NCBI RefSeq assembly: GCF_009914755.1
Contig: NC_060946.1
Strand: one strand, 5' to 3'
DNA: 64,000 bases
From: the human T2T-CHM13v2.0 reference genome, Homo sapiens
Part shown: positions 1 through 13,326 of the stretch, piece after piece
Layout of the letters: each line of letters starts with the position of its first letter
Numbering within the stretch: the stretch's first letter is position 1
Program-made: the position numbers and the translations under genes
Notes under the pieces: model-generated
What the model was told of the DNA's origin: nothing
The model's input: the letters and a program-made list of their open reading frames with translations, nothing else
The model's database searches: none

Positions 1-744
1 CCCCACCGCAGCAGGGCTGCCCGCCTCCTGTTTCGTGAAAAACGGCCCGGATTTTCATCAGACCTTAATTGGCCTGGGTCTGGCCTTCATTCTACCCCAG
101 CCTCTTCACAGACTGCTGGCCACTGGCTGTTCCCTCCTCCAGCCAGGACAATGCCGGTCCCCGGGCACTGACCCTGGCCCAGGCAGGCCTGCCAACTCCA
201 TAGCTCTCATTTCTCACTCTGCACATCAGTGCTGGCTTCCCACACCCACAGCTCCTCCAGAAGGAAGGTTTGTCAGCGGGCTTCACCATGCACTCTGACG
301 TACCACTTTTGGCCCAACCAAACTACACCCCACCCTTGGGTAGAATGGGACCAAGATGCGACCCTGACAGACTTAAATGAGAAATGAGCATTTTCCAGTG
401 ACGCCTCCTCTTCCTGCCTCTTGCTGGGCCTCTCTCTGCACTGCTCTGGGGTGTTCACTGCACTTGGACTGATACCAGTCAATGTCCCTCGCTTCAACCT
501 GACCTGAAACTGAAATGCTCCAAACAAGAGTAAGTGGGGCAGCCGACATTTCAGGAGGAGGAAGGTTGGCAGCCAGGCTGCTGTGAGCTTGCACGGCCCA
601 TATGGGTCCCAGCTAGTACTTTGCATTTTCTTTTCTCTCTTCTTGGAACCCCTTCGTCCTTTTTCCCGCTGCCCTCTAGCCTCTTCACTGTCTTGGGAAA
701 GGGGGCCTCTCACAAAACAGTAGTCACCGCTGCTGTTCACTGAG

Positions 745-935
745 TGGTTACTTTGCACCAGGCACTGTGCTAAGTACCTCAAGGGGAGTATCTCCCTTAA
801 TGCCTGCAACATCCTATGAGCCTTGTATGATTGCATCTCCCTTTTCAAGCTGAAAAGAAGTTACATGCTTTGCCCGACAGTCTATAGCTAGGAGGAGCTG
901 GAGCTGAGATTCAACCCCAGGTTCTCTGGTGCCCA
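745..935 (-). mobile_element. MIR SINE fragment
   Basis: ccaggcactgtgctaag ... gagctgagattcaaccccagg resembles the reverse MIR consensus. Confidence 0.6.
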
Positions 936-3149
936 AGTGCTCATGTCTTTGCCCTGTGTGCCCCTCTTTCACAGAAACAGAGCTTCAGCCAAATCCTGGA
1001 ACGGAAGCTCTTGGGAAGCTGCCTGTGACCTTTCTTATTGTGTCCCCTCAGCACAGGTCATGCACAGGCAGCTGGGAATAGATATGCGAGTTAAAGGAAT
1101 TCTCGTTGGAAAACACCAGAGGGATCCACAGGGCCACCCCCCCGCCCCCGCAATACCACTGTGTGTCTGTCCCTGCAGGGCCCTGGAATCCCACAGTTGT
1201 TTCCTGTACCCAGGCCTGGGGAGCCAGCCAGTCACATGGACCGTGAGTGTATCCGCCTCACGCTTCTCTGTGGCCCCTGGCTTCTCCCAGTGGATTCCGC
1301 AAGGTGTTTCCTGCAAATCCTGCTGATGGTCTTCGCTGGCACGTAGCAAAATCCACCCAGAACACCGCGATCTGCTGGCCTCAGCCTGGATGGGGTTTTG
1401 TTTTTGTTTAGCTTTTAAAAAAATGTGTGTTTTTTTTTCCCCAACCAGGGGCACAGGGGTGGGGGAAGAGGAGAAAAATGAAGGTAAAAATATTGACAGA
1501 GTGAAAAGTATTGAATATTCCTTCTATTTCAAAAATAGCAGCTTCCATGGCTGGGATGCAGGCTGGCTAGGTTCAGGTTGGGCTGAGGTTGAAGTTGAGA
1601 TCAAGGTGGCAGCGTGACCCTTATGCCTCAAGCATGTCCTTCAGGAGGGTGTGGGAGCCTGAGGCAGAAGAGAGCTCCTTCCTGTTTTAAAAACACCTTT
1701 TTCTGAGACTCTCAAAGAATGTTTGAAATCAGCCATCCAAGGTGCTCTGCCATTTTTAAGAGGGAGGACGGGGCTGGATGGTGTCCCTGGGAATTGAAGG
1801 GACCCAGAGAAGAGGTGAATTGTTTAAAGTTAACTCAGAGCATTAGAGTGGGCTGATATCCTCTGAAGAGTCTACTTGTCTGTGAGAGCTGTTTCAGCTA
1901 CTTCAAAGCCAGATGATCAGGGCAGCGGGGCTGGATTTTCATCTTCATGGCTGTGCACATCTCCACTTGATATGTGGGGGTCGGAGTTGGGGGGCAGTAA
2001 AGCCTGGTCCCCATGGAGATGCTATCCTGGAAGCATTTTTATTACCAAGGACTAGCATATAATTGGAAGATTGAAGGCAGAAGCCCTTATCTTCTCGGCA
2101 TTCTTTAGAATTCTTCTGTATGTAGATTTCAGAACACACAGAGCCAGAGCAAAAGACCTTACTTGGCATTAACACCAGGATCCACCTGCCCCTCCCTTCC
2201 TGGCATTAATGTCCAGTGCTCCCCTAATGCACTTTAAGCTGTGAAGTTATCCCAGGTTTATTTACACTGTAACTAATTTACTCTTGGCTGGACTGTCAGC
2301 CTGGAAAATAGGATGTCACTGCACCCCCCCCAACCTCCACCAAAAAAAGACAGTGGCTAATGAAGAAAACAGATTGTTGAAGGGCACTAAAATTGAGGCA
2401 AGGAGCTGAATAATGTGCCCTCCTCAGGGGCAGGCAGGGCAGGCGTGGCAGGCTGTCGGCATTGTTACAGATCAGCAATGTCCCACTAGTTAGCAAATGG
2501 GCCCCTCTCAGTTTGAATGTGCAGCTGATGGACCAGGTGGGGTGATTAGGGGCCAACTCTGTACTTGTTTCTGTCCCCAGTTTTGTTAAGTGCAGATCAC
2601 CCAGACAGATCCCAGGCTGAGAAAGAGACTGAAGACAAAGCTAGAAGAGGCAGCTGAAGCATCCTAATGTCTTAACTCAAGTTTGACTTTTCAGAAATGT
2701 GATTTTAGAACATAGCAAACAGGAAGCACGTGACAACTTGGACCACTACAACGAAGAGAAAGTGGAACCCAGGGGAAATGCATGAGTTAGAAATATAAAG
2801 TGATGGGACTCTTAGATTCTAGGGTTAATTGGGACACTAGAATATGTCCAGTCCAACGTGTTCATTTTGTACAATAAAAAACAAGGGCTCCAGGAGGAAA
2901 TGATTTGTCAAACTCACATAGAAAATGAATGGAAAAAAACAGAAAGAGTATCTAGCTTCCAATTCCTGGCCCAGGGCTCTTCTTGCTATTCAATACTTTC
3001 TACGTAATAAGCCTGGGTTTTTTTTTTTTTTCAAAAAAATTATTATACTTGGCCACCCAGATGAGTACAGTTATTTAGTAGAGTACGTAGAGTTATTCAC
3101 TAAATCACATCAAAGTTGGGAGACAGAGTCTGGTTTGAAAACCCTCGAG

Positions 3150-3177
3150 TATTTTATTTTATTTTATTTTATTTTAT
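3150..3177. repeat. (ATTTT)n microsatellite
   Basis: About 5.5 units seen directly. Confidence 0.85.
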
Positions 3178-3214
3178 TGTGGTAATACTTAACATGAGAT
3201 ATACTCGCCCCTCT

Positions 3215-3507
3215 CTTTTTCTGAGACAGAGTCTCACTCTGTCGTTCAGCTGGAGTGCAGTGGCATGATACTGGCTTCCTGCAGCCTCAACTTCCTAGGC
3301 TCAAGTGATCCGTTTCCCTCAGCCTCCCAAGTAGCTGGGACTACAGGTACGTACTACCATTCCCAGCTAATTTTTTTTTCGTGGTTTTCGTAGAGACAGG
3401 GTTTTACCTTGTTGCCCAGGCTGGTCTCGCACTCCTGAGCTCAAGGAATTCACCTGCCTCGACCTCCCGAAGTCCTGGGATTACAGGCGTGAGCCACCGC
3501 GCCCAGC
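3215..3507 (-). mobile_element. Alu (AluJ-like)
   Basis: Reverse Alu: gagacagagtctcactctgtc ... gtgagccaccgcgcccagc, with J-type ctcaagtgatc. Confidence 0.95.
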
Positions 3508-4589
3508 AAGATCTACCTTCTTAACACATTTTTTAACACTAGAAGTACTTAAATAGATGATGGTGAAGTCTCAAGCTGTCCTACCAGCAGTAAAAAGATT
3601 CCAAGTGGGGAAGGTGAACTCTCAACCTTGTATACTGATCGGTGGCTCCTGGGAAATTTGCATTTATCCCCTAACAAAGCCATTAAGAGAGTCATTGGCC
3701 CCCAGCAAGACTGAGATGGTCGAAGGACATGGGACCATGTCATAAGCAGGGAGAGACCATCCTAATCTATGAAAATATTTATCCTGGAGATGATTTGGGA
3801 AACATGACCCTTCTTTTCAAATATCTTGTTTTTTTGTAAGCCCAAGATGTCACCTAGGTGGGAGAAAGCCACAGGGAAGCAGTCCAAAGGAGAATTTTTT
3901 TATAGTCAAAAAAAATGGCTTGACATGGAACAGGCTGACCTAGGTCAGAGATGGTTGCACACTGGGCAGTTTAACCTTGGGATGGGACTGTAGAAGAAAT
4001 TCAAAGGAGCTTACACTGAGTGACCCTGAAGGTCCCACCCAACCTAAAGTCTGTGGCCTGTGAAATGTGCCCATGCCACTGTGCCGTAGTTTAACATGTC
4101 CTTCTGGAAGGCAGGTAGGACCCAGAGATGAGAAGTAGGGGCTCCCAATTCAGGCTGCCTGGACTGGCATGCTACGTCCACCACTTCCGCATTAGATGAT
4201 CTGGGGAGAGTCACTTCTTCTTTACAGGCCTCGATTTCTAAAAGATGGGCTAATGACAACACTTACTTTATAGGGCCCTAGTGAGGCTCAAATGGGAAAA
4301 TCCACGGAAAGCATTTAGCGCTGATCATGCATGGAAAGTGCCTGATAGCTGATGGCACCTATTGTAACTAATAATAGTATTAGAATTAGTATTGTAATCA
4401 TTGACAATAGGATTTTTATAATTAGGGAAAGTGGGGAACTACCCACATGACCATCCTCCTGCTTTCTGTGTCAGTGTTTGACCAAATGTGTTCATCCCTG
4501 GTACTCTCATTGCTTATCCTCCGAGAGCACTGGCATATAATGGAAAATGTATTCCAATTTGTTCTGTTATTCCAGCCAGGAACATCTAG

Positions 4590-5113
<524 letters not shown>

Positions 5114-5724
5114 TAGAGGACTCTAGTGTCCAGAAGCAGGCATGTGCAGTTTATCATTACAGCCCTCCTTCAAAGAGGACAGCTGGCCCTGTGCTTTGCA
5201 GGGAGAGGTGCACTCCGGGTGGCCCATAAACCCAGAAAATATGATTCCTATCTGGTACAGGGTACCATCCTGGCACCTGGAGAGGGGTCTGCATGAGACC
5301 CAGAAATGACTGGATCCACAACAGACCTAGTTTGTGGAACAGTCCTAAAGAATCCTCCATTCAAGCTTATATCTGTCACCCAGGGAACTGGACGTTCCCT
5401 TCAGTCAGAATGAACTAGTGGCCTCCCCTTCTCTTCAGCCAGGGTCTTTGCAGTCCTCAGCCATGTGACCTCCGACCTGTCAGTCTTGGTCTGATTGCTG
5501 TACCCTTGTTTGTGCTGTTTCCATTGCCTGGACCATCCTTCTTTTCTTTCCATGATCAAAACCCTATACATTCTTCTGAGTCAGTTCATGCAGCGGAATT
5601 GGCATTGGAATGTTGCAGCTAATTGCACATACTGGGTGACAGAGTGCACAGTAGAGAAAGGTAGGGTGATACACTCTTCTTAGGAAGCAATCAATAAGGG
5701 CCAAGATGGAAAAGATGTCTTATT

Positions 5725-6110
5725 TCACCCACTGAGCACCTACTATGTTCCAGACACTGTGAGATGTTGCGGTTAGATACAATTGTGAGCAAAGCAAGAT
5801 GTAATTCCGGCAGAATTTAGTGAGTGTATGGGGGCAGGGAAGAAAGAGGATGAGACATGATTCAAATGAATCTACGAACATATAGTTACATACACACTAG
5901 GGCCCCTGAGAATACAAAACAGGGGTTCTGTTCTAGTCTTATGCTTGCAGGAGGTGGTTGGGGATGGCTTTATGTGAGGAAGTGTTTTTTGATTTTAAAT
6001 GTGAAGTATGAGTGGCAGTTGATGGGTAATGGGGAGCAGAAGAGGGTCTCATGCAGATAGAATGGTATGTGCAAAGGCCCCAAGGCTTTGCAACTGAGAG
6101 ATTTAGACCA
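5725..6110 (-). mobile_element. L2 LINE fragment
   Basis: actgagcacctactatgttccagacactgtg resembles the reverse L2 3' end; highly diverged. Confidence 0.5.
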
Positions 6111-6682
6111 GGGCTGCCGATCAGATGTCTAAAAAAGTATACTTGTTCGCCCCTTGCCATACTCTTTGGTCCAAAGGGCTGAGCTCCCTGTCTTCAAACC
6201 AGGGGGCTTCAGGTCAGTTACTGGACTTCTCTCTTCCTGCCCTTTGTCTGCAAGCCAAGGTACCCTCAATCTGGCATTGAGAGCCCTGGGGCCCACCCAG
6301 CTTGTAAGTGGAGATTTGAATCCAGACTTCACCATTGGATGAGATTCTTAGACATTACAAGAGTTATGGAGAGTTAACTCCACCTCAAAGTTCTCACCAT
6401 CTGTAACTTATACAAGCCCTTCTCTCATAATTCAGTCTTGGGAATTTTCCCTATCTCCGCATTTCCAATGCATTTGACTTGGTGGGGTGTTTCAGATTTG
6501 TTAAATATTTAGTAGTAGAAAGAAGATGAGCTTTGCTGCTGGGCATATTTGGATTCCTAGCTGTGTGACTTCTGACAAGTTTCTTAACTATCCTGAGACT
6601 TGTTTTCTTCCTATACTCAGTGGAAATAAAGCTACACATTTTGGGAATTGGTTTTAAGAGTAAGATGTACTGTTTGTAAAGT

Positions 6683-6772
6683 GTGTCTGTCTTGTTCACT
6701 TTTCTGTTTCTGCCACCTGACACAATGCCTGGCACATAGTAAGTGCTCAGTGAATATTTACTGAATGAATAA
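6683..6772 (+). mobile_element. L2 3' end
   Basis: gtctgtcttgttcac...aatgcctggcacatagtaagtgctcagtgaatatttactgaatgaat. Confidence 0.75.
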
Positions 6773-8579
6773 GAGGTTTAGGCACCATGATTGCACAGAC
6801 ACGATGTTCATAGAGTAGTTGGTCTTCTCCTTCTTTATCAATGACTCCATCTCCCTGTCACACTTCAAGGCCAGGGCAGGTGGTTCAGAAATACCAGAGG
6901 TTGGCTTTATAGTTCTGCCATTACCCACTTTGACCAAAGAGGGCAGCAGTTAGCATTCTTTACTTATTTATTTTATTTAAAATGAAGGTTTCCTTAAAAG
7001 GATTTGGATCTTCTCTTTAATCATTCCTCCGCACCTTCAGTGCTATTGATTCCTGATAATGGTCTTAGGGCTTGAAGACCTATGTATGGGCTCGTTTTTC
7101 TCGTACCTGTTCCTACCTGAGTGCCCACTATGTGAGTGATGTGGTTGTGAGCTGGAAGGGAGGTGCTGAGTGAGTAGGGGACACCCGCTGCAGCAGGTGG
7201 GCCTTCCAAACTATGGCCCTGGGTGTCCACAACCTTACAGAATGAAGCTTGTGGAACTTAAAGGTGAGGAAAGCCTACACTATTTTAAAAGCCACATGAA
7301 GGGTAAGTTATAGATGTACCAGGGTCTCCTTGGCATCTGTGCTGTATAAAATCCATAGACAGAGCAGCCATTGGCTCTTGTTCAAACCACAAGAAAGTCT
7401 CCTGCCCACTCCTGGTGCATTCTGGGAACAGATTTGCTGTCTGCAAAGGCTGCATCTGCGGGTCTGGCGTGCAAAGGAGGGTGGTTCTTTGGCTAATGGT
7501 GGACTTGCTCCTAGGCCTATCCCAGAGTCCCTCAGCTCTCCTAGCAAACAAAATCCCAATTAGGAGAAAAATAAAATGCTATAGATGGCTCCTGAGATGT
7601 TGCCAGCTGTTTGGGCTTCAAAAATGCCCCGACCTGAAAGCTGGAAGTTCTGAGAACCGTTTGAGGGCATGGTATTTTTCTGGGCACTGCTTCAAAGGGG
7701 CTGTGGTTGAAGACCATGCTGCTATTCTGGTGGCCACTTGTGTGGGATAAAGTTTCCCATGGGCCCCCGTGGAGAGGCTGGAGCACTCTCAGGGGATAGG
7801 GGGTGGTCTCAGCCCCCCTCACCGAGTGCACTTGCATGGCAGTAAGCAAGTCGGCGCCTCTGACCCCTGAGTGGGCTTGAGCTTTTGAGAGGTCAGCATG
7901 CCCCCTTAAACTTGATGTCTCCTCAGAGCACAGCACAGATGCCCAGCCAAAACACCCAGGGCGAAACCACTCCAAGAGGTGAAAGGGCTTGAGGGGAGAC
8001 AGGGTACGGCGGGAGACAGAGATGCATGAAATACTAACGTTGAAGATTAGAAATGGGATGTGCACTGGAATGAGATCATTTGTGGTTCTGATGCAAAGAC
8101 CCAGGCTTGTTTCTAGGGGTTTCTTGGGGCTTCGGGGGCCTCCTGTCAATGGACTGTTTGGACACCCATTTGGATACATGCAATCCTAAAGTCTATGGGC
8201 AGTGACAGAGTGATAAGTCTTTATCACTAGCCTCAGGGAGTAGAAGCCCACCTAAGAAATGGCACTGTCCCATGTTGGAGCAAGACCCAACCTACCAAGC
8301 TGGGAGTTACCGCCCACTGCAAGGCACCCCTGTACTTTGTTGGACTCTCTGTTTTCTGTCTCTCCAATGGGCTGGACTCTCCAGCCTCCGGGCCTCTGCC
8401 CAACCATGACCAGAAGGTCCTCTCCTTTCTCTTTCTCTTAACTGTCTCTAGTGATTCTCTGATCCCAGCTCAGGCAGGATGTCTCCCTCCGGCGCCTCCA
8501 GGCTGGCTGGGTGTGTCTGCTGCATGCTCCTGTGGCTCCCTGGACTATAACTCCCTGTCTTCTTGTCTCACAAGAGTAA

Positions 8580-8710
8580 AATAAGCTTCTTAAAGGTAGG
8601 AACCTTGTCTGCCTGCTTATTACTGAATCCCCAAGACATGGCACAGGATCTGAGATGCATAGTTCCTCAAATACTTCTGAATAAATAGCAGATGAGTGAA
8701 TCAATGAATT
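8580..8710 (+). mobile_element. L2 3' end
   Basis: taagcttcttaaaggtaggaaccttgtc...ctcaaatacttctgaataaat...gaatcaatgaa. Confidence 0.6.
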
Positions 8711-11609
8711 TCAAGTCGACTTGAGGAGAAGGAGGGGGGGTGGCAAAATAAAACAAACAATAAACACTATGGCAGAGAGGGACACAGGACCTGGAGATGG
8801 GGCCTGGATAAACAGCCTGCCATGCTCTTCATATTTCCTGAGTGCTACCACAAGGAAGAGGGGCAGCTGGAGGCCAGAGGGCCTGCAGAGGAGTCAGCAG
8901 GTCTAGCAAGGAGTGCCTTGGGTGGAGACTCCCTGGGGCTAATTTTGGTGTCACCACTGACTTCCTTGAGGGTGCTGAGCCTTGGGATCTTCATGTGTTG
9001 GTAGCTTTTGGGTGCTGTCCTTCCACAGACACATCAACAAGTTCATGGGGGTCTCCTGTAATAGGGTCCTGTGACTTGCCTCTTTTTGGAGGTCAGTCTT
9101 CAATATTTTGGAACAATGTCGGTATTCGGCCTCTCCAGATCACATTTTTACTTGTCCCTTCCTTTTCTGAGTAACTCTATGGAACAAGGACTCCTGACCC
9201 AGCACTCCAGGAAGCCAAACACAAAACCATCCCCGTCTTCGTTATTGTATTACCTTTGGTTCCCTCCCACAGCCTCATTCATTCATTCATTCAACATTTT
9301 TGGGAACCCTGGCCACAATCTAGGCTCTATGCCATGTGCTGGAGTCCCAGATGCAGTCCCTGCCATCCGGTAATTAGCGATGCTAGTGAGTGTCCAAGGA
9401 ACCAATCATTAAAGAACACGTGCTGGAAGAAAGAGAGGAAAGCCAAGCAGAAGAGAGGTGGACTAGCTTGGCCTGGGGTGGACAGAAGGCTTCCTGGAGG
9501 AGGTAGCATTTCAGCTGGGTGGGTCTTGCAGGAAGCCAAAGGTGCAGGCAGATGCACAGGGAGGAAGTGATTCTCACCTAGGCAAGGGGCATCATAGGAC
9601 AGGTTCATATAGTGATGGGGGCTGGAAGCTTCAGAGTGATAGGGTTTGAGGTATGGTCCCAGCTCTGAAGAGCCATATATATGCCACCGAGCTATGCAGA
9701 ATAATCCTGTAGATACTGCAAACCCAAGGGAGGTGTAGGTGAGGATGTAAATGAGGGTTGTGGATCCCATTTGTTCCTGGGAGAATGTGGGGGACTTAGG
9801 GGAGAAGGACTGTGTTTCCCACTGTCTATCCTTTGGGGCTTTGACATTTCCCACCTGACAGCCATTTGCAGAGTAAAAGCCTCAGGGATTCTAATCATGC
9901 TTGGTGAACACTTTGAGGTAGTCGCCTCATTGGACCCTTAGAAACCCAGGTCACAGAAACACCATCACCCTTCTGAGATTCACAGTCCTCCCTCCCCAGG
10001 TAAGTTGGCCCTGAATCCAGGAATCAGCCAGCCCTAGGACTTTTGCCCTGTCCCAGGCCAAGGTATCTGTACCTTTCTTCCAAATTGCTGGTGGCCCCAG
10101 GAAGAAATCAAGAGTGGCTGACTTTAAGCAGTTAGATTAAACATCAAATGCATTCATCCCAAGTCCAGGCATATACCTAGAAGGAGCGACTCTTAAATTT
10201 TGTCATTTCATTGTGTAAAACTGAGGTTGCCCCTTAACACATGAAGGCCAGCATGGGATGCTAATTTTGTGTTGTGTTCTTTTGGGTAATCTCAAAGTTC
10301 CAGGAAGCCTGACCTTCCTAAGCCTGTGTTTCCTTGCCTCCCCTTCCCGGCCCCTTCATTTCATCTACAACAGACGTCAGCAGGGGCCCTGAGTTTTTCC
10401 CAGACCGCTCAAGCAGAAACCCATCCTGCTCACAAGGTGAGGAGAGCCAGGAGCTCACAAAGGCCCCTCCTCCCCTTCCCCGGGAGGTCCAGGACAGGGC
10501 ATCCCCAGGACAGACCTGCCCTGGGGACCCCGGAACACAAGGCAGGTACTGAGAAACAGGAATCTCTGGGCAGGGAGGTTTTCATATCCTCCAGGTTTAA
10601 TAGCTTTCCCTGAGATGGAAACTTGGGTTGAAATGATTTGCAGCTTTCCAGATTTTCTGAGTGTGTGTCTTTGGGTTTATTTTTAGCCACAGGCATTCAT
10701 TTCTTGCCAAAAAAACCTGCTTAAATAAAACCAAGATTAATATTTTTACTTAACGGAAAGAGTTAGTCAGGACAGGCTTTGAACTGGGACTCCTTATCTT
10801 GATGGGGAGTGCATGTTAACGGTCTGGCCTTGGCGTTGACATCAACGAAAAGGGCCTTTGAAACGGACAAGAGAGAAGGGCCCTGGGGGACCAGGGTAGG
10901 ATGCAGGAAAAGCCTATTTGTGGGACTTCTCTGAAGAGAGAGAGTTCCTCTTCACTCAGGCTGCTCGCCGCTCCCCACCCCCAGCCCCCAGCCCCCATGC
11001 TCTTGCAGTGGGAGGGGGGTCATCATCTTCCTGGAAAGGCGGGAGATCGGCTCTGGCTTTGCTCAGAGCCCGGCTGTGATTCTGCCTCACTTCCAGCTGC
11101 TCTCCTTACCGCCGCCCCCTCCGCCCCCCACCCAGATCAGATCCAGACTTCTTCCTCCTCTGGATTCAGACGCAGCAAACTGAGTCTCTTCTGCAGGATG
11201 GGCTGAGGCTCAGATCTGATGCCATCTCCAGGGCGATTCCCTGACACCCCTCCCCTGAGATGGACTTCATCTCTTCTTGGCTCTGTCCTGGCTTTCCGTC
11301 CTTGCTTATATTGCTGAGCCTGCCTTACTTGAGTGTCATTGCTGGTCTCTCTCACCTCTGGCCCTTGAGTTCCTAGGAGCCTTATGTATCTCTCTATCCC
11401 TGTATACGTCTTCACAATACTGAAACACCTTCCTGGTTGCTGAAGAGTTGTGTATCTGACCCTGTGAACCGAGAATTGCTGTTACCCCCTTTTGATTGAA
11501 TAAGACTTAGAAAGACTGGTCATTTGACAGAGCTTGCACAGGAATTATTTATCTGTTTTTAAATCACTCTGTGTGTGGCACTTTATACAAGAAATCACAC
11601 GTAGCTTCC

Positions 11610-12540
11610 CATATTCAGCAAATACATATGAGGTGCCTGTTATGTGCCAGGCACTCTTCGGGCAGCTTTGGCTACAGCAGTAGGTAAAGCAAAGAACCTG
11701 CTGCCCGGGGAGGCTTACATTTTAATGGGGAGAGATGATCAGTAAAGAAGCAAGTTAATGTATAATGTCAGATGGTGGCCAGTGTCTGATAGAGCACAGT
11801 GTCAGGGGCCAAGGGATTGCGAGGAGGGGGAGGAATGTGCATGGATCAGGATCAGGGAAGGTCCCCCGCCCAAGTGAAGAAAGAGTGTTCCAGCAGAGGG
11901 AACTGCAAGGTCAGAGACCCTGAGAGCATGCTTGGGTGCTAGGGTGTGCAGTAGAGTGAGCTACAATTTCCTGAGATTAAGAAGGCCATGAGAGCCCCGG
12001 GTGCAGGGAAGGCCTGTTATCTGGAGCTCAGTGTTGGATGGGTCGAATTTGAGATGTTTTATTAGGCTTGCAGGTATAAATGTAGACTAAATGTAGACTC
12101 TGGGATATATAAGTAAAAAGATCATCAGGGAGGGGAACAACATACACTGGGGCCTGTTGGTGGGTGGGGTAGGGGGAGGGAGAGCATTAGGAAAAATAGC
12201 TAATGCACGCTCGGCTTAATACCTCAGTGATGGGTTGATAGGTGCAGCAAATCACTATGGTACATGTTTACCTTTGTAACAAGCCTGCACATCCTGCACA
12301 TGTACCCCAGAACTTAAAATAAAAATACAATTTGTTTAAAAAAAAAGTTCATGAGAGTTCTAGGTTGGCGGTGGCAAAAGCGTGGGAGCTGTCAGTTGTG
12401 CAGATGGTGCTGAGACCCACAAGCTGGAAGAACATAGCAGGACCACGAGCCTGCACCTCGATGACCGGACTGAGCACCAAGAAGGTCATGGGTGACTTCG
12501 ACAAGCACTGCTTTGGAGAGGTTAGGGGGGAGGCTGCCTA
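11610..12540 (-). mobile_element. L2 fragments, interrupted by an L1PA
   Basis: attcagcaaatacatatgaggtgcctgttatgtgccaggcactc at the start, followed by diverged purine-rich L2-like sequence. Confidence 0.55.
12128..12346 (+). mobile_element. 5'-truncated primate L1PA 3' end (~220 bp)
   Basis: gggaggggaacaacatacactggggcc...cacatgtaccccagaacttaaa plus A tail; approximate TSD AAAAAGATCATCAG / AAAAAGTTCATGAG. Confidence 0.93.
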
Positions 12541-13011
12541 GGTTATTGCAGGCACCTTTGGAGGCTGGTAATTATCACCCACAATTTATCTGCTGGGATG
12601 GGAAGTGACTTGCCCAAGGTCACAGAGAAACAGGGCAGCGACTTCACCCAGACCCCACGTGCTCCATGCCTGTTTTTCATTCCAGTACGCCGTGATCACT
12701 TCTCCAGTTTTCTTGATCTGTCCTTTCAGCTTCTGAGTCTTTCAGGAGGGTTTTTTTGGGAGTTGGGATTGTGGTGATCAATAGGCTGGGAATCAGAGGG
12801 ACCCAGTCCAGGCAGGCCCCTCAGGCCTCTGCTTTTCACCCTTAGTTCCGAAGGCCCTTTCCTCTCACCTAGACATCATCAAAGCATCCCCAGAGAGGCA
12901 GCAGATATCTGAGAAGGACCTTGGGAAGGGTCACTGAGGAAGGTTCTCAAGATCCTGGGGGGATGAGGAAATGCTGAATCACAAGAATCTTTCGGGTTCC
13001 TCTTGCTGTTT

Positions 13012-13326
13012 TCCTCTGATTAGTAAATTTAAGAATCTACAAGTCATCACCATCAGCAATATAACAGTGTATCATTTGTCTAGCTTCAGGGTTACAAAGT
13101 ACCTTTGTACATATACATTGTCTCATTTAATTAATCAATCTAATTAACTTCAAACTTCCTGTGTTGGGAGAACCCTTAGGGAGCCTGTGGTTTTGTGGTT
13201 TCTAAGTTATTTGTTTTTATTCCATGAAAGCCTTGCCGGGGAGCACAAAGGTCTAAACAGATGATACGATATACTGTTATACTGCTGATGGCGATGACTT
13301 CTAGATTTTTATTACTAATCAGAGGA
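13012..13326. repeat. Inverted repeat, arms 13012-13083 and 13253-13326, spacer 169 bp
   Basis: Reverse complement of the right arm aligns to the left arm with 5 substitutions and 2 small indel/loop regions. Confidence 0.95.

Noticed and set aside
273-848. 191-aa minus-strand ORF
   Set aside because: Non-ATG start, partly within a MIR, no recognisable homology.
2230-2560. Repeat-free, motif-dense intron 1 segment that looks enhancer-like (similarly 17500-18050)
   Set aside because: Impression only; cannot be supported without conservation or chromatin data.
7541-8179. Longest ORF in the track (212 aa, minus strand, ATG start)
   Set aside because: No recognisable domain, composition typical of random intronic translation, and no splice or promoter support. 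Ribo-seq or PhyloCSF signal would be needed.
12078-12099. 11-bp tandem duplication AAATGTAGACT x2
   Set aside because: Ordinary slippage event inside an old repeat.
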